From: Botryllus schlosseri
Taxonomy: Eukaryota
NCBI GenBank assembly: GCA_051294905.1
Contig: CM119371.1
Coordinates: 35,590,001-35,654,000 of the forward strand
DNA: 64,000 nt
Direction of reading: 5' to 3'
Positions 11,801 through 26,800 of this stretch are shown here, one piece after another. Position numbers and translations under genes: made by a program. The notes under the pieces were generated by a model. It made no database searches. It was given only the letters and a program-made list of their open reading frames with translations, and had not been told where the DNA came from. Position 1 is the first letter of the stretch. Every line of letters begins with the position of its first letter.

Positions 11801-14800
11801 GAGTCGAATCTCATCTCTACTTTTCAGAGAAATTGCACGAGTATCATCACCTGGCCAACGTCTTTCGCAAAATTACACGTATAGCTCTCGGATTAAAGAC
11901 GCCGATATTTCTATCTTAGACAAGTGCTCCACTTTTAATCACGTTCACGAGTCGAGGCTTGTCCCAAAGCATAATCGAACCGAGTTTTAGCCAATACTAC
12001 CGTCTAGTTCGAGTCGGATTTCATTTCTACTTTTCAGAGAAATTGCACGAGTATCATTACCTGGCCAACGTCTTTCGCAAAATTACACGTATAGCTCTCG
12101 GATTAAAGACGCCGATATTTCTATCTTAGACAAGTGCTCAACTTTTAACCACGTTCAGGAGTCGAAGCTTGTCCTAAAGCATAATCGAACCGAGTTTTAG
12201 CCAATTCTACCGTCTAGTTCGAGTCCAATTTCATCTCTACTTTTCAGAGAAATTGCACGAGTATCATCACCTGGCCAACGTCTTTCGCAAAATTACACTT
12301 ATAGCTCTCGGATTAAAGACGCCGATATTTCTATCTTAGACAAGTGCTCCACTTTTAATCAAGTTCACGGGTCGAGGCTTGTCCCAAAGCATAATCGAAC
12401 CGAGTTTTAGCCAATTCTACCGTCCAGTTCGAGTCGAATTTCATCTCTACTTTTCAGAGAAATTGCACGAGTATCATCACCTGGCCAACGTCTTTCGCAA
12501 AATTACACGTATAGCTCTCGGATTAAAGACGCCGATATTTCTATCTTAGACAAGTGCTCCACTTTTAATCACGTTCAGGAGTCGAGGCTTGTCCGAAAGC
12601 ATAATCGAACCGAGTTTTAGCCAATTCTACCGTCTAGTTCGAGTCGAATTTCATCTCTACTTTTCAGAGAAATTGCACGAGTATCATCACCTGGCCAACG
12701 TCTTTCGCAAAATTACACGTATAGCTCTCGGATTAAAGACGCCGATATTTCTATCTTAGACAAGTGCTCCACTTTTAATCACGTTCAGGAGTCGAGGCTT
12801 GTCCCAAAGCATAATCGAACCGAGTTTTAGCCAATTCTACCGTCTAGTTCGAGTCGAATTTCATCTCTACTTTTCAGAGAAATTGCACGAGTATCATCAC
12901 CTGGCCAACGTGTTTCGCAAAATTACACGTATAGCTCTCGGAATAAAGATGCCGATATTTCTATCTTAGACAAGTGATCCACTTTTAACCACGTTCAGGA
13001 GTCGAGGCTTGTCCCAAAGCATAATCGAACCGAGTTTTAGCCAATTCTACCGTCTAGTTCGAGTCGAATTTCATCTCTACTTTTCAGAGAAATTGCACGA
13101 GTATCATCACCTGGCCAACGTCTTTCGCAAAATTACACGTATAGCTCTCGGATTAAAGACGCCGATATTTCTATCTTAGACAAGTGCTCCACTTTTAATC
13201 ACGTTCAGGAGTCGAGGCTTGTCCGAAAGCATAATCGAACCGAATTTCAGCCAATTCTACCGTCTAGTTCGAGTCGAATCTCATCTCTACTTTTCAGAGA
13301 AATTGCACGAGTATCATCACCTGGCCAACGTCTTTCGCAAAATTACACGTATAGCTCTCGGATTAAAGACGCCGATATTTCTATCTTAGACAAGTGCTCC
13401 ACTTTTAATCACGTTCACGTGTCGAGGCTTGTCCCAAAGCATAATCGAACCGAGTTTTAGCCAATACTACCGTCTAGTTCGAGTCGAATTTCATTTCTAC
13501 TTTTCAGAGAAATTGCACGAGTATCATCACCTGGCCAACGTCTTTCGCAAAATTACAGGTATAGCTCTCGGATTAAAGACGCCGATATTCCTATCTTAGA
13601 CAAGTGCTCCACTTTTAATCACGTTCAGGAGTCGAGGCTTGTCCCAAAGCATAATCGAACCGAGTTTTAGCCAATTCTACCGTCTAGTTCGAGTCGAATT
13701 TCATCTCTACTTTTCAGAGAAATTGCACGAGTGTCATCACCTGGCCAACGTCTTTCGCAAAATTACACTTATAGCTCTCGGATTAAAGACGCCGATATTT
13801 CTATCTTAGACAAGTGCTCCACTTTTAACCACGTTCAGGAGTCGAGGCTTGTCCCAAAGCATGATCGAACCGAATTTCAGCCAATTCTACCGTCTAGTTC
13901 GAGTCGAATATCATCTCTACTTTTCAGATAAAAAGCGAGTATCATCACCTGGCTAACGTCTTTCGCAAAATTACACGTATAGCTCTCGGATTAAAGACGC
14001 CGATATTTCTATCTTAGACAAGTGCTCCACTTTTAACCATGTTCAGTAGTCGAGGCTTGTCCCAAAGCATAATCGAACCGAATTTCAGCCAATTCTACCG
14101 TCTAGTTCGAGTCGAATATCATCTCTACTTTTCAGAGAAATAGCGCGAGTATCATCACCTGGCTAACGTCTTTCGCAAAATTACATGTATAGCTCTCGGA
14201 ATAAAGACGCCGATATTTCTATCTTAGACAAGTGCTCCACTTTTAATCACGTTCACGAGTCGAGGCTTGTCCCAAAGCATAATCGAACCGAGTTTTAGCC
14301 AATTCTACCGTCTAGTTCGAGTCGAATTTCATCTCTACTTTTCAGAGAAATTGCACGAGTATCATCACCTGGCCAACGTCTTTCGCAAAATCACACGTAT
14401 AGCTCTCGGATTAGAGACGCCGATATTTTTATCTTAGACAAGTGCTCCACTTTTACCCACGTTCAGGAGTCGAGGCTTGTCCCAAAGCATAATCGAACCG
14501 AATTTCAGCCAATTCTACCGTCTAGTTCGAGTCGAATCTCATCTCTACTTTTCAGAGAAATAGCGCGAGTATCATAACCTGGCCAACGTCTTTCGCAAAA
14601 TTACACGTATAGCTCTCGGATTGAAGACGCCGATATTTCTATCTTAGACAAGTGCTCCACTTTTAACCACGTTCAGGAGTCGAGGCTTGTCCCAAAGCAT
14701 AATCGAACCGAATTTCAGCCAATTCTACCGTCTAGTTCGAGTCGAATCTCATCTCTACTTTTCAGAGAAATTGCACGAGTATCATCACCTGGCCAACGTC

Positions 14801-17800
14801 TTTCGCAAAATTACACGTATAGCTCTCGGATTAAAGACGCCGATATTTCTATCTTAGACAAGTGCTCCACTTTTAATCACGTTCACGAGTCAAGGCTTGT
14901 CCCAAAGCATAATCGAACCGAGTTTTAGCCAATTCTACCGTCTAGTTCGAGTCGAATTTCATCTCTACTTTTCAGAGAAATTGCACGAGTATCATCACCT
15001 GGCCAACGTCTTTCGCAGAATTACACGTATAGCTCTCGGATTAAAGACGCCGATATTTCTATCTTAGACAAGTGCTCCACTTTTAATCACGTTCAGGAGT
15101 TGAGGCTTGTCCCAAAGCATAATCGAACCGAGTTTTAGCCAATTCTACCGTCTAGTTCGAGTCGAATTTCATCTCTACTTTTCAGAGAAATTGCACGAGT
15201 ATCATCACCTGGCAAACGTCTTTCGCAAAATTACACGTATAGCTCTCGGATTAAAGACGCCGATATTTCTATCTTAGACAAGTGCTCCACTTTTAATCAC
15301 GTTCAGGAGTCGAGGCTTGTCCCAAAGCATAATCGAACCGAGTTTTAGCCAATTCTACCGTCTAGTTCGAGTCGAATTTCATCTCTACTTTTCAGAGAAA
15401 TTGCACGAGTATCATCACCTGGCCAACGTCTTTCGCAAAATTACACTTATAGCTCTCGGATTAAAGACGCCGATATTTCTATCTTAGACAAGTGCTCCAC
15501 TTTTAACCACGTTCAGGAGTCGAGGCTTGTCCCAAAGCATGATCGAACCGAATTTCAGCCAATTCTACCGTCTAGTTCGAGTCGAATATCATCTCTACTT
15601 TTCAGAGAAATAGCGCGAGTATCATCACCTGGCTAACGTCTTTCGCAAAATTACACGTATAGCTCTCGGATTAAAGACGCCGATATTTCTATCTTAGACA
15701 AGTGCTCCACTTTTAACCATGTTCAGTAGTCGAGGCATGTCCCAAAGCATAATCGAACCGAATTTCAGCCAATTCTACCGTCTAGTTTGAGTCGAATCTC
15801 ATCTCTACTTTTCAGAGAAATTGCACGAGTATCATCACCTGGCCAACGTCTTTCGCAAAATTACACGTCTTGCTCTCGGATTAAAGACGCCGATATTTTT
15901 ATCTTAGACAAGTGCTCCACTTTTACCCACGTTCAGGAGTCGAGGCTTGTCCCAAAGCATAATCGAACCGAATTTCTGCCAATTCTACCGTCTAGTTCGA
16001 GTCGAATCTCATCTCTACTTTTCAGAGAAATAGCGCGAGTATCATAACCTGGCCAACGTCTTTCGCAAAATTACACGTATAGCTCTCGGATTAAAGACGC
16101 CGATATTTCTATCTTAGACAAGTGCTCCACTTTTAACCACGTTCAGGAGTCGAGGCTTGTCCCAAAGCATAATCGAACCGAATTTCAGCCAATTCTACCG
16201 TCTAGTTCGAGTCGAATCTCATCTCTACTTTTCAGAGAAATTGCACGAGTATCATCACCTGGCCAACGTCTTTCGCAAAATTACACGTATAGCTCTCGGA
16301 TTAAAGACGCCGATATTCCTATCTTAGACAAGTGCTCCACTTTTAATCACGTTCAGGAGTCGAGGCTTGTCCCAAAGCATAATCGAACCGAGTTTTAGCC
16401 AATTCTACCGTCTAGTTCGAGTCGAATTTCATCTCTACTTTTCAGAGAAATTGCACGAGTATCATCACCTGGCCAACGTCTTTCGCAAAATTACACTTAT
16501 AGCTCTCGGATTAAAGACGCCGATATTTCTATCTTAGACAAGTGCTCCACTTTTAACCACGTTCAGGAGTCGAGGCTTGTCCCAAAGCATGATCGAACCG
16601 AATTTCAGCCAATTCTACCGTCTAGTTCGAGTCGAATATCATCTCTACTTTTCAGAGAAATAGCGGGAGTATCATCACCTGGCTAACGTCTTTCGCAAAA
16701 TTACACGTATAGCTCTCGGATTAAAGACGCCGATATTTCTATCTTAGACAAGTGCTCCACTTTTAACCATGTTCAGTAGTCGAGGCTTGTTCCAAAGCAT
16801 AATCGAACCGAATTTCAGCCAATTCTACCGTCTAGTTTGAGTCGAATCTCATCTCTACTTTTCAGAGAAATTGCACGAGTATCATCACCTGGCCAACGTC
16901 TTTCGCAAAATTACACGTATAGCTCTCGGATTAAAGACGCCGATATTTTTATCTTAGACAAGTGCTCCACTTTTACCCACGTTCAGGAGTCGAGGCTTGT
17001 CCCAAAGCATAATCGAACCGAATTTCAGCCAATTCTACCGTCTAGTTCGAGTCGAATCTCATCTCTACTTTTCAGAGAAATAGCGCGAGTATCATAACCT
17101 GGCCAACGTCTTTCGCAAAATTACACGTATAGCTCTCGGATTAAAGACGCCGATATTTCTATCTTAGACAAGTGCTCCACTTTTAACCACGTTCAGGAGT
17201 CGAGGCTTGTCCCAAAGCATAATCGAACCGAATTTCAGCCAATTCTACCGTCTAGTTCGAGTCGAATCTCATCTCTACTTTTCAGAGAAATTGCACGAGT
17301 ATCATCACCTGGCCAACGTCTTTCGCAAAATTACACGTATAGCTCTCGGATTAAAGACGCCGATATTTCTATCTTAGACAAGTGCTCCACTTTTAATCAC
17401 GTTCACGAGTCGAGGCTTGTCCCAAAGCATAATCGAACCGAGTTTTAGCCAATTCTACCGTCTAGTTCGAGTCGAATTTCATCTCTACTTTTCAGAGAAA
17501 TTGCACGAGTATCATCACCTGGCCAACGTCTTTCGCAGAATTACACGTATAGCTCTCGGATTAAAGACGCCGATATTTCTATCTTAGACAAGTGCTCCAC
17601 TTTTAATCACGTTCAGGAGTTGAGGCTTGTCCCAAAGCATAATCGAACCGAGTTTTAGCCAATTCTACCGTCTAGTTCGAGTCGAATTTCATCTCTACTT
17701 TTCAGAGAAATTGCACGAGTATCATCACCTGGCAAACGTCTTTCGCAAAATTACACGTATAGCTCTCGGATTAAAGACGCCGATATTTCTATCTTAGACA

Positions 17801-20800
17801 AGTGCTCCACTTTTAATCACGTTCAGGAGTCGAGGCTTGTCCCAAAGCATAATCGAACCGAGTTTTAGCCAATTCTACCGTCTAGTTCGAGTCGAATTTC
17901 ATCTCTACTTTTCAGAGAAATTGCACGAGTATCATCACCTGGCCAACGTCTTTCGCAAAATTACACTTATAGCTCTCGGATTAAAGACGCCGATATTTCT
18001 ATCTTAGACAAGTGCTCCACTTTTAACCACGTTCAGGAGTCGAGGCTTGTCCCAAAGCATGATCGAACCGAATTTCAGCCAATTCTACCGTCTAGTTCGA
18101 GTCGAATATCATCTCTACTTTTCAGAGAAATAGCGCGAGTATCATCACCTGGCTAACGTCTTTCGCAAAATTACACGTATAGCTCTCGGATTAAAGACGC
18201 CGATATTTCTATCTTAGACAAGTGCTCCACTTTTAACCATGTTCAGTAGTCGAGGCTTGTCCCAAAGCATAATCGAACCGAATTTCAGCCAATTCTACCG
18301 TCTAGTTTGAGTCGAATCTCATCTCTACTTTTCAGAGAAATTGCACGAGTATCATCACCTGGCCAACGTCTTTCGCAAAATTACACGTATAGCTCTCGGA
18401 TTAAAGACGCCGATATTTTTATCTTAGACAAGTGCTCCACTTTTACTCACGTTCAGGAGTCGAGGCTTGTCCCAAAGCATAATCGAACCGAATTTCAGCC
18501 AATTCTATCGTCTAGTTCGAGTCGAATCTCATCTCTACTTTTCAGAGAAATTGCACGAGTATCATCACCTGGCCAACGTCTTTCGCAAAATTACACGTAT
18601 AGCTCTCGGATTTAAGACGCCGATATTTCTATCTTAGACAAGTGCTCCACTTTTAATCACGTTCACGAGTCGAGGCTTGTCCCAAAGCATAATCGAACCG
18701 AGTTTTAGCCAATTCTACCGTCTAGTTCGAGTCGAATTTCATCTCTACTTTTCAGAGAAATTGCACGAGTATCATCACCTGGCCAACGTCTTTCGCAAAA
18801 TTACACGTATAGCTCTCGGATTAAAGACGCCGATATTTCTATCTTAGACAAGTGCTCCACTTTTAATCACGTTCAGGAGTTGAGGCTTGTCCCAAAGCAT
18901 AATCGAACCGAGTTTTAGCCAATTCTACCGTCTAGTTCGAGTCGAATTTCATCTCTACTTTTCAGAGAAATTGCACGAGTATCATCACCTGGCAAACGTC
19001 TTTCGCAAAATTACACGTATAGCTCTCGGATTAAAGACGCCGATATTTCTATCTTAGACAAGTGCTCCACTTTTAATCACGTTCACGAGTCGAGGCTTGT
19101 CCCAAAGCATAATCGAACCGAGTTTTAGCCAATTCTACCGTCTAGTTCGAGTCGAATTTCATCTCTACTTTTCAGAGAAATTGCACGAGTATCATCACCT
19201 GGCCAACGTCTTTCACAAAATTACACGTATAGCTCTCGGATTAAAGACGCCGATATTTCTATCTTAGACAAGTGCTCCACTTTTAATCAAGTTCAGGAGT
19301 CGAGGCTTGTCCCAAAGCATAATCGAACCGAGTTTTAGCCAATTCTACCGTCTAGTTCGAGTCGAATTTCATCTCTACTTTTCAGAGAAATTGCACGAGT
19401 ATCATCACCTGGCCAACGTCTTTCGCAATTTTACACGTATAGCTCTCGGATTAAAGACGCCGATATTTCTATCTTAGACAAGTGCTCCACTTTTAATCAC
19501 GTTCAGGAGTCGAGGCTTGTCCCAAAGCATAATCGAACCGAGTTTTAGCCAATTCTACCGTCTAGTTCGAGTCGAATTTCATCTCTACTTTTCAGAGAAA
19601 TTGCACGAGTATCATCACCTGGCCAACGTCTTTGGCAAAATTACACGCATAGCTCTCGGATTAAAGACGCCGATATTTCTATCTTAGACAAGTGCTCCAC
19701 TTTTAATCACGTTCACGGGTCGAGGCTTGTCCCAAAGCATAATCGAACCGAGTTTTAGCCAATTCTACCGTCTAGTTCGAGTCGAATTTCATCTCTACTT
19801 TTCATAGAAATTGCACGAGTATCATCACCTGGCCAACGTCTTTCGCAAAATTACACGTATAGCTCTCGGATTAAAGACGCCGATATTTCTATCTTAGACA
19901 AGTGCTCCACTTTTAACCACGTTCAGGAGTCGAGGCTTGTCCCAAAGCATAATCGAACCGAGTTTCAGCCAATTCTACCGTCTAGTTCGAGTCGAATTTC
20001 ATCTCTACTTTTCAGAGAAATTGCACGAGTATCATCACCTGGCCAACGTCTTTCGCAAAATTACACGTATAGCTCTCGGATTAAAGACGCCGATATTTCT
20101 ATCTTAGACAAGTGCTCCACTTTTAATCACGTTCACGGGTCGAGGCTTGTCCCAAAGCATAATCGAACCGAGTTTTAGCCAATTCTACCGTCTAGTTCGA
20201 GTCGAATTTCATCTCTACTTTTCAGAGAAATTGCACGAGTATCATCACCTGGCAAACGTCTTTCGCAAAATTACACGTATAGCTCTCGGATTAAAGACGC
20301 CGATATTTCTATCTTAGACAAGTGCTCCACTTTTAATCACGTTCACGAGTCGAGGCTCGTCCCAAAGCATAATCGAACCGGCTTGTCCCAAAGCATAATC
20401 GAACCGAGTTTTAGCCAATTCTACCGTCTAGTTCGAGTCGAATTTCATCTCTACTTTTCAGAGAAATTGCACGAGTATCATCACCTGGCAAACGTCTTTC
20501 ACAAAATTACACGTATAGCTCTCGGATTAAAGACGCCGATATTTCTATCTTAGACAAGTGCTCCACTTTTAATCAAGTTCACGGGTCGAGGCTTGTCCCA
20601 AAGCATAATCGAACCGAGTTTTGGCCAATTCTACCGTCTAGTTCGAGTCGAATTTCATCTCTACTTTTCAGAGAAATTGCACGAGTATCATCACCTGGCC
20701 AACGTCTTTCGCAATTTTACACGTATAGCTCTCGGATTAAAGACGCCGATATTTCTATCTTAGACAAGTGCTCCACTTTTAATCACGTTCAGGAGTCGAG

Positions 20801-23800
20801 GCTTGTCCCAAAGCATAATCGAACCGAGTTTTAGCCAATTCTACCGTCTAGTTCGAGTCGAATTTCATCTCTACTTTTCAGAGAAATTGCACGAGTATCA
20901 TCACCTGGCCAACGTCTTTGGCAAAATTACACGCATAGCTCTCGGATTAAAGACGCCGATATTTCTATCTTAGACAAGTGCTCCACTTTTAATCACGTTC
21001 ACGGGTCGAGGCTTGTCCCAAAGCATAATCGAACCGAGTTTTAGCCAATTCTACCGTTTAGTTCGAGTCGAATTTCATCTCTACTTTTCATAGAAATTGC
21101 ACGAGTATCATCACCTGGCCAACGTCTTTCGCAAAATTACACGTATAGCTCTCGGATTAAAGACGCCGATATTTCTATCTTAGACAAGTGCTCCACTTTT
21201 AACCACGTTCAGGAGTCGAGGCTTGTCCCAAAGCATAATCGAACCGAGTTTCAGCCAATTCTACCGTCTAGTTCGAGTCGAATTTCATCTCTACTTTTCA
21301 GAGAAATTGCACGAGTATCATCACCTGGCCAACGTCTTTCGCAAAATTACACGTATAGCTCTCGGATTAAAGACGCCGATATTTCTATCTTAGACAAGTG
21401 CTCCACTTTTAATCACGTTCAGGAGTCGAGGCTTGTCCAAAAGCATAATCGAACCGAGTTTTAGCCAATTCTACCGTCTAGTTCGAGTCGAATTTCATCT
21501 CTACTTTTCAGTGAAATTGCACGAGTATCATCACCTGGCCAACGTCTTTCGCAAAATTACACGTATAGCTCTCGGATTAAAGACGCCGATATTTCTATCT
21601 TAGACAAGTGCTCCACTTTTAATCACGTTCACGGGTCGAGGCTTGTCCCAAAGCATAGTCGAACCGAGTTTTAGCCAATTCTACCGTCTAGTTCGAGTCG
21701 AATTTCATCTCTACTTTTCAGAGAAATTGCACGAGTATCATCACCTGGCCAACGTCTTTCGCAAAATTACACGTATAGCTCTCGGATTAAAGACGCCGAT
21801 ATTTCTATCTTAGACAAGTGCTCCACTTTTAATCACGTTCAGGAGTTGAGGCTTGTCCCAAAGCATAATCGAACCGAGTTTTAGCCAATTCTACCGTCTA
21901 GTTCGAGTCGAATTTCATCTCTACTTTTCAGAGAAATTGCACGAGTATCATCACCTGGCAAACGTCTTTCGCAAAATTACACGTATAGCTCTCGGATTAA
22001 AGACGCCGATATTTCTATCTTAGACAAGTGCTCCACTTTTAATCACGTTCACGAGTCGAGGCTTGTCCCAAAGCATAATCGAACCGAGTTTTAGCCAATT
22101 CTACCGTCTAGTTCGAGTCGAATTTCATCTCTACTTTTCAGAGAAATTGCACGAGTATCATCACCTGGCCAACGTCTTTCGCAAAATTACACGTATAGCT
22201 CTCGGATTAAAGACGCCGATATTTCTATCTTAGACAAGTGCTCCACTTTTAATCACGTTCACGAGTCGAGGCTCGTCCCAAAGCATAATCGAACCGGCTT
22301 GTCCCAAAGCATAATCGAACCGAGTTTTAGCCAATTCTACCGTCTAGTTCGAGTCGAATTTCATCTCTACTTTTCAGAGAAATTGCACGAGTATCATCAC
22401 CTGGCCAACGTCTTTCGCAAAATTACACGTATAGCTCTCGGATTAAAGACGCCGATATTTCTATCTTAGACAAGTGCTCCACTTTTAATCACGTTCAGGA
22501 GTCGAGGCTTGTCCAAAAGCATAATCGAACCGAGTTTTAGCCAATTCTACCGTCTAGTTCGAGTCGAATTTCATCTCTACTTTTCAGTGAAATTGCACGA
22601 GTATCATCACCTGGCCAACGTCTTTCGCAAAATTACACGTATAGCTCTCGGATTAAAGACGCCGATATTTCTATCTTAGACAAGTGCTCCACTTTTAATC
22701 ACGTTCACGGGTCGAGGCTTGTCCCAAAGCATAATCGAACCGAGTTTTAGCCAATTCTACCGTCTAGTTCGAGTCGAATTTCATCTCTACTTTTCAGAGA
22801 AATTGCACGAGTATCATCACCTGGCCAACGTCTTTCGCAAAATTACACGTATAGCTCTCGGATTAAAGACGCCGATATTTCTATCTTAGACAAGTGCTCC
22901 ACTTTTAATCACGTTCAGGAGTTGAGGCTTGTCCCAAAGCATAATCGAACCGAGTTTTAGCCAATTCTACCGTCTAGTTCGAGTCGAATTTCATCTCTAC
23001 TTTTCAGAGAAATTGCACGAGTATCATCACCTGGCAAACGTCTTTCGCAAAATTACACGTATAGCTCTCGGATTAAAGACGCCGATATTTCTATCTTAGA
23101 CAAGTGCTCCACTTTTAATCACGTTCAGGAGTCGAGGCTTGTCCAAAAGCATAATCGAACCGAGTTTTAGCCAATTCTACCGTCTAGTTCGAGTCGAATT
23201 TCATCTCTACTTTTCAGTGAAATTGCACGAGTATCATCACCTGGCCAACGTCTTTCGCAAAATTACACGTATAGCTCTCGGATTAAAGACGCCGATATTT
23301 CTATCTTAGACAAGTGCTCCACTTTTAATCACGTTCACGGGTCGAGGCTTGTCCCAAAGCATAATCGAACCGAGTTTTAGCCAATTCTACCGTCTAGTTC
23401 GAGTCGAATTTCATCTCTACTTTTCAGAGAAATTGCACGAGTATCATCACCTGGCCAACGTCTTTCGCAAAATTACACGTATAGCTCTCGGATTAAAGAC
23501 GCCGATATTTCTATCTTAGACAAGTGCTCCACTTTTAATCACGTTCAGGAGTTGAGGCTTGTCCCAAAGCATAATCGAACCGAGTTTTAGCCAATTCTAC
23601 CGTCTAGTTCGAGTCGAATTTCATCTCTACTTTTCAGAGAAATTGCACGAGTATCATCACCTGGCAAACGTCTTTCGCAAAATTACACGTATAGCTCTCG
23701 GATTAAAGACGCCGATATTTCTATCTTAGACAAGTGCTCCACTTTTAATCACGTTCACGAGTCGAGGCTTGTCCCAAAGCATAATCGAACCGAGTTTTAG

Positions 23801-26800
23801 CCAATTCTACCGTCTAGTTCGAGTCGAATTTCATCTCTACTTTTCAGAGAAATTGCACGAGTATCATCACCTGGCCAACGTCTTTCGCAAAATTACACGT
23901 ATAGCTCTCGGATTAAAGACGCCGATATTTCTATCTTAGACAAGTGCTCCACTTTTAATCACGTTCACGAGTCGAGGCTCGTCCCAAAGCATAATCGAAC
24001 CGGCTTGTCCCAAAGCATAATCGAACCGAGTTTTAGCCAATTCTACCGTCTAGTTCGAGTCGAATTTCATCTCTACTTTTCAGAGAAATTGCACGAGTAT
24101 CATCACCTGGCAAACGTCTTTCACAAAATTACACGTATAGCTCTCGGATTAAAGACGCCGATATTTCTATCTTAGACAAGTGCTCCACTTTTAATCAAGT
24201 TCACGGGTCGAGGCTTGTCCCAAAGCATAATCGAACCGAGTTTTGGCCAATTCTACCGTCTAGTTCGAGTCGAATTTCATCTCTACTTTTCAGAGAAATT
24301 GCACGAGTATCATCACCTGGCCAACGTCTTTCGCAATTTTACACGTATAGCTCTCGGATTAAAGACGCCGATATTTCTATCTTAGACAAGTGCTCCACTT
24401 TTAATCACGTTCAGGAGTCGAGGCTTGTCCCAAAGCATAATCGAACCGAGTTTTAGCCAATTCTACCGTCTAGTTCGAGTCGAATTTCATCTCTACTTTT
24501 CAGAGAAATTGCACGAGTATCATCACCTGGCCAACGTCTTTGGCAAAATTACACGCATAGCTCTCGGATTAAAGACGCCGATATTTCTATCTTAGACAAG
24601 TGCTCCACTTTTAATCACGTTCACGGGTCGAGGCTTGTCCCAAAGCATAATCGAACCGAGTTTTAGCCAATTCTACCGTTTAGTTCGAGTCGAATTTCAT
24701 CTCTACTTTTCATAGAAATTGCACGAGTATCATCACCTGGCCAACGTCTTTCGCAAAATTACACGTATAGCTCTCGGATTAAAGACGCCGATATTTCTAT
24801 CTTAGACAAGTGCTCCACTTTTAACCACGTTCAGGAGTCGAGGCTTGTCCCAAAGCATAATCGAACCGAGTTTCAGCCAATTCTACCGTCTAGTTCGAGT
24901 CGAATTTCATCTCTACTTTTCAGAGAAATTGCACGAGTATCATCACCTGGCCAACGTCTTTCGCAAAATTACACGTATAGCTCTCGGATTAAAGACGCCG
25001 ATATTTCTATCTTAGACAAGTGCTCCACTTTTAATCACGTTCAGGAGTCGAGGCTTGTCCAAAAGCATAATCGAACCGAGTTTTAGCCAATTCTACCGTC
25101 TAGTTCGAGTCGAATTTCATCTCTACTTTTCAGTGAAATTGCACGAGTATCATCACCTGGCCAACGTCTTTCGCAAAATTACACGTATAGCTCTCGGATT
25201 AAAGACGCCGATATTTCTATCTTAGACAAGTGCTCCACTTTTAATCACGTTCACGGGTCGAGGCTTGTCCCAAAGCATAATCGAACCGAGTTTTAGCCAA
25301 TTCTACCGTCTAGTTCGAGTCGAATTTCATCTCTACTTTTCAGAGAAATTGCACGAGTATCATCACCTGGCCAACGTCTTTCGCAAAATTACACGTATAG
25401 CTCTCGGATTAAAGACGCCGATATTTCTATCTTAGACAAGTGCTCCACTTTTAATCACGTTCAGGAGTTGAGGCTTGTCCCAAAGCATAATCGAACCGAG
25501 TTTTAGCCAATTCTACCGTCTAGTTCGAGTCGAATTTCATCTCTACTTTTCAGAGAAATTGCACGAGTATCATCACCTGGCAAACGTCTTTCGCAAAATT
25601 ACACGTATAGCTCTCGGATTAAAGACGCCGATATTTCTATCTTAGACAAGTGCTCCACTTTTAATCACGTTCACGAGTCGAGGCTTGTCCCAAAGCATAA
25701 TCGAACCGAGTTTTAGCCAATTCTACCGTCTAGTTCGAGTCGAATTTCATCTCTACTTTTCAGAGAAATTGCACGAGTATCATCACCTGGCCAACGTCAT
25801 TCACAAAATTACACGTATAGCTCTCGGATTAAAGACGCCGATATTTCTATCTTAGACAAGTGCTCCACTTTTAATCAAGTTCAGGAGTCGAGGCTTGTCC
25901 CAAAGCATAATCGAACCGAGTTTTAGCCTATTCTACCGTCTAGTTCGAGTCGAATTTCATCTCTACTTTTCAGAGAAATTGCACGAGTATCATCACCTGG
26001 CCAACGTCTTTCGCAATTTTACACGTATAGCTCTCGGATTAAAGACGCCGATATTTCTATCTTAGACAAGTGCTCCACTTTTAATCACGTTCAGGAGTCG
26101 AGGCTTGTCCCAAAGCATAATCGAACCGAGTTTTAGCCAATTCTACCGTCTAGTTCGCGTCGAATTTCATCTCTACTTTTCATAGAAATTGCACGAGTAT
26201 CATCACCTGGCCAACGTCTTTCGCAAAATTACACGTATAGCTCTCGGATTAAAGACGCCGATATTTCTATCTTAGACAAGTGCTCCACTTTTAACCACGT
26301 TCAGGAGTCGAGGCTTGTCCCAAAGCATAATCGAACCGAGTTTCAGCCAATTCTACCGTCTAGTTCGAGTCGAATTTCATCTCTACTTTTCAGAGAAATT
26401 GCACGAGTATCATCACCTGGCCAACGTCTTTCGCAAAATTACACGTATAGCTCTCGGATTAAAGACGCCGATATTTCTATCTTAGACAAGTGCTCCACTT
26501 TTAATCACGTTCACGGGTCGAGGCTTGTCCCAAAGCATAATCGAACCGAGTTTTAGCCAATTCTACCGTCTAGTTCGAGTCGAATTTCATCTCTACTTTT
26601 CAGAGAAATTGCACGAGTATCATCACCTGGCCAACGTCTTTCGCAAAATTACACGTATAGCTCTCGGATTAAAGACGCCGATATTTCTATCTTAGACAAG
26701 TGCTCCACTTTTAACCACGTTCAGGAGTCGAGGCTTGTCCCAAAGCATAATCGAATCGAATTTCAGCCAATTCTACCGTCTAGTTCGAGTCGAATCTCAT

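Noticed and set aside
7171..18615. Short ORFs in the satellite (210 bp = 70 codons) as a repetitive protein gene
   Set aside because: The most common monomer variants contain stops (e.g. GAGTTTTAG, TCTTAG), frame-breaking indels (1, 41, 2, 26 bp) are tolerated, and the ORFs start at TTG/GTG
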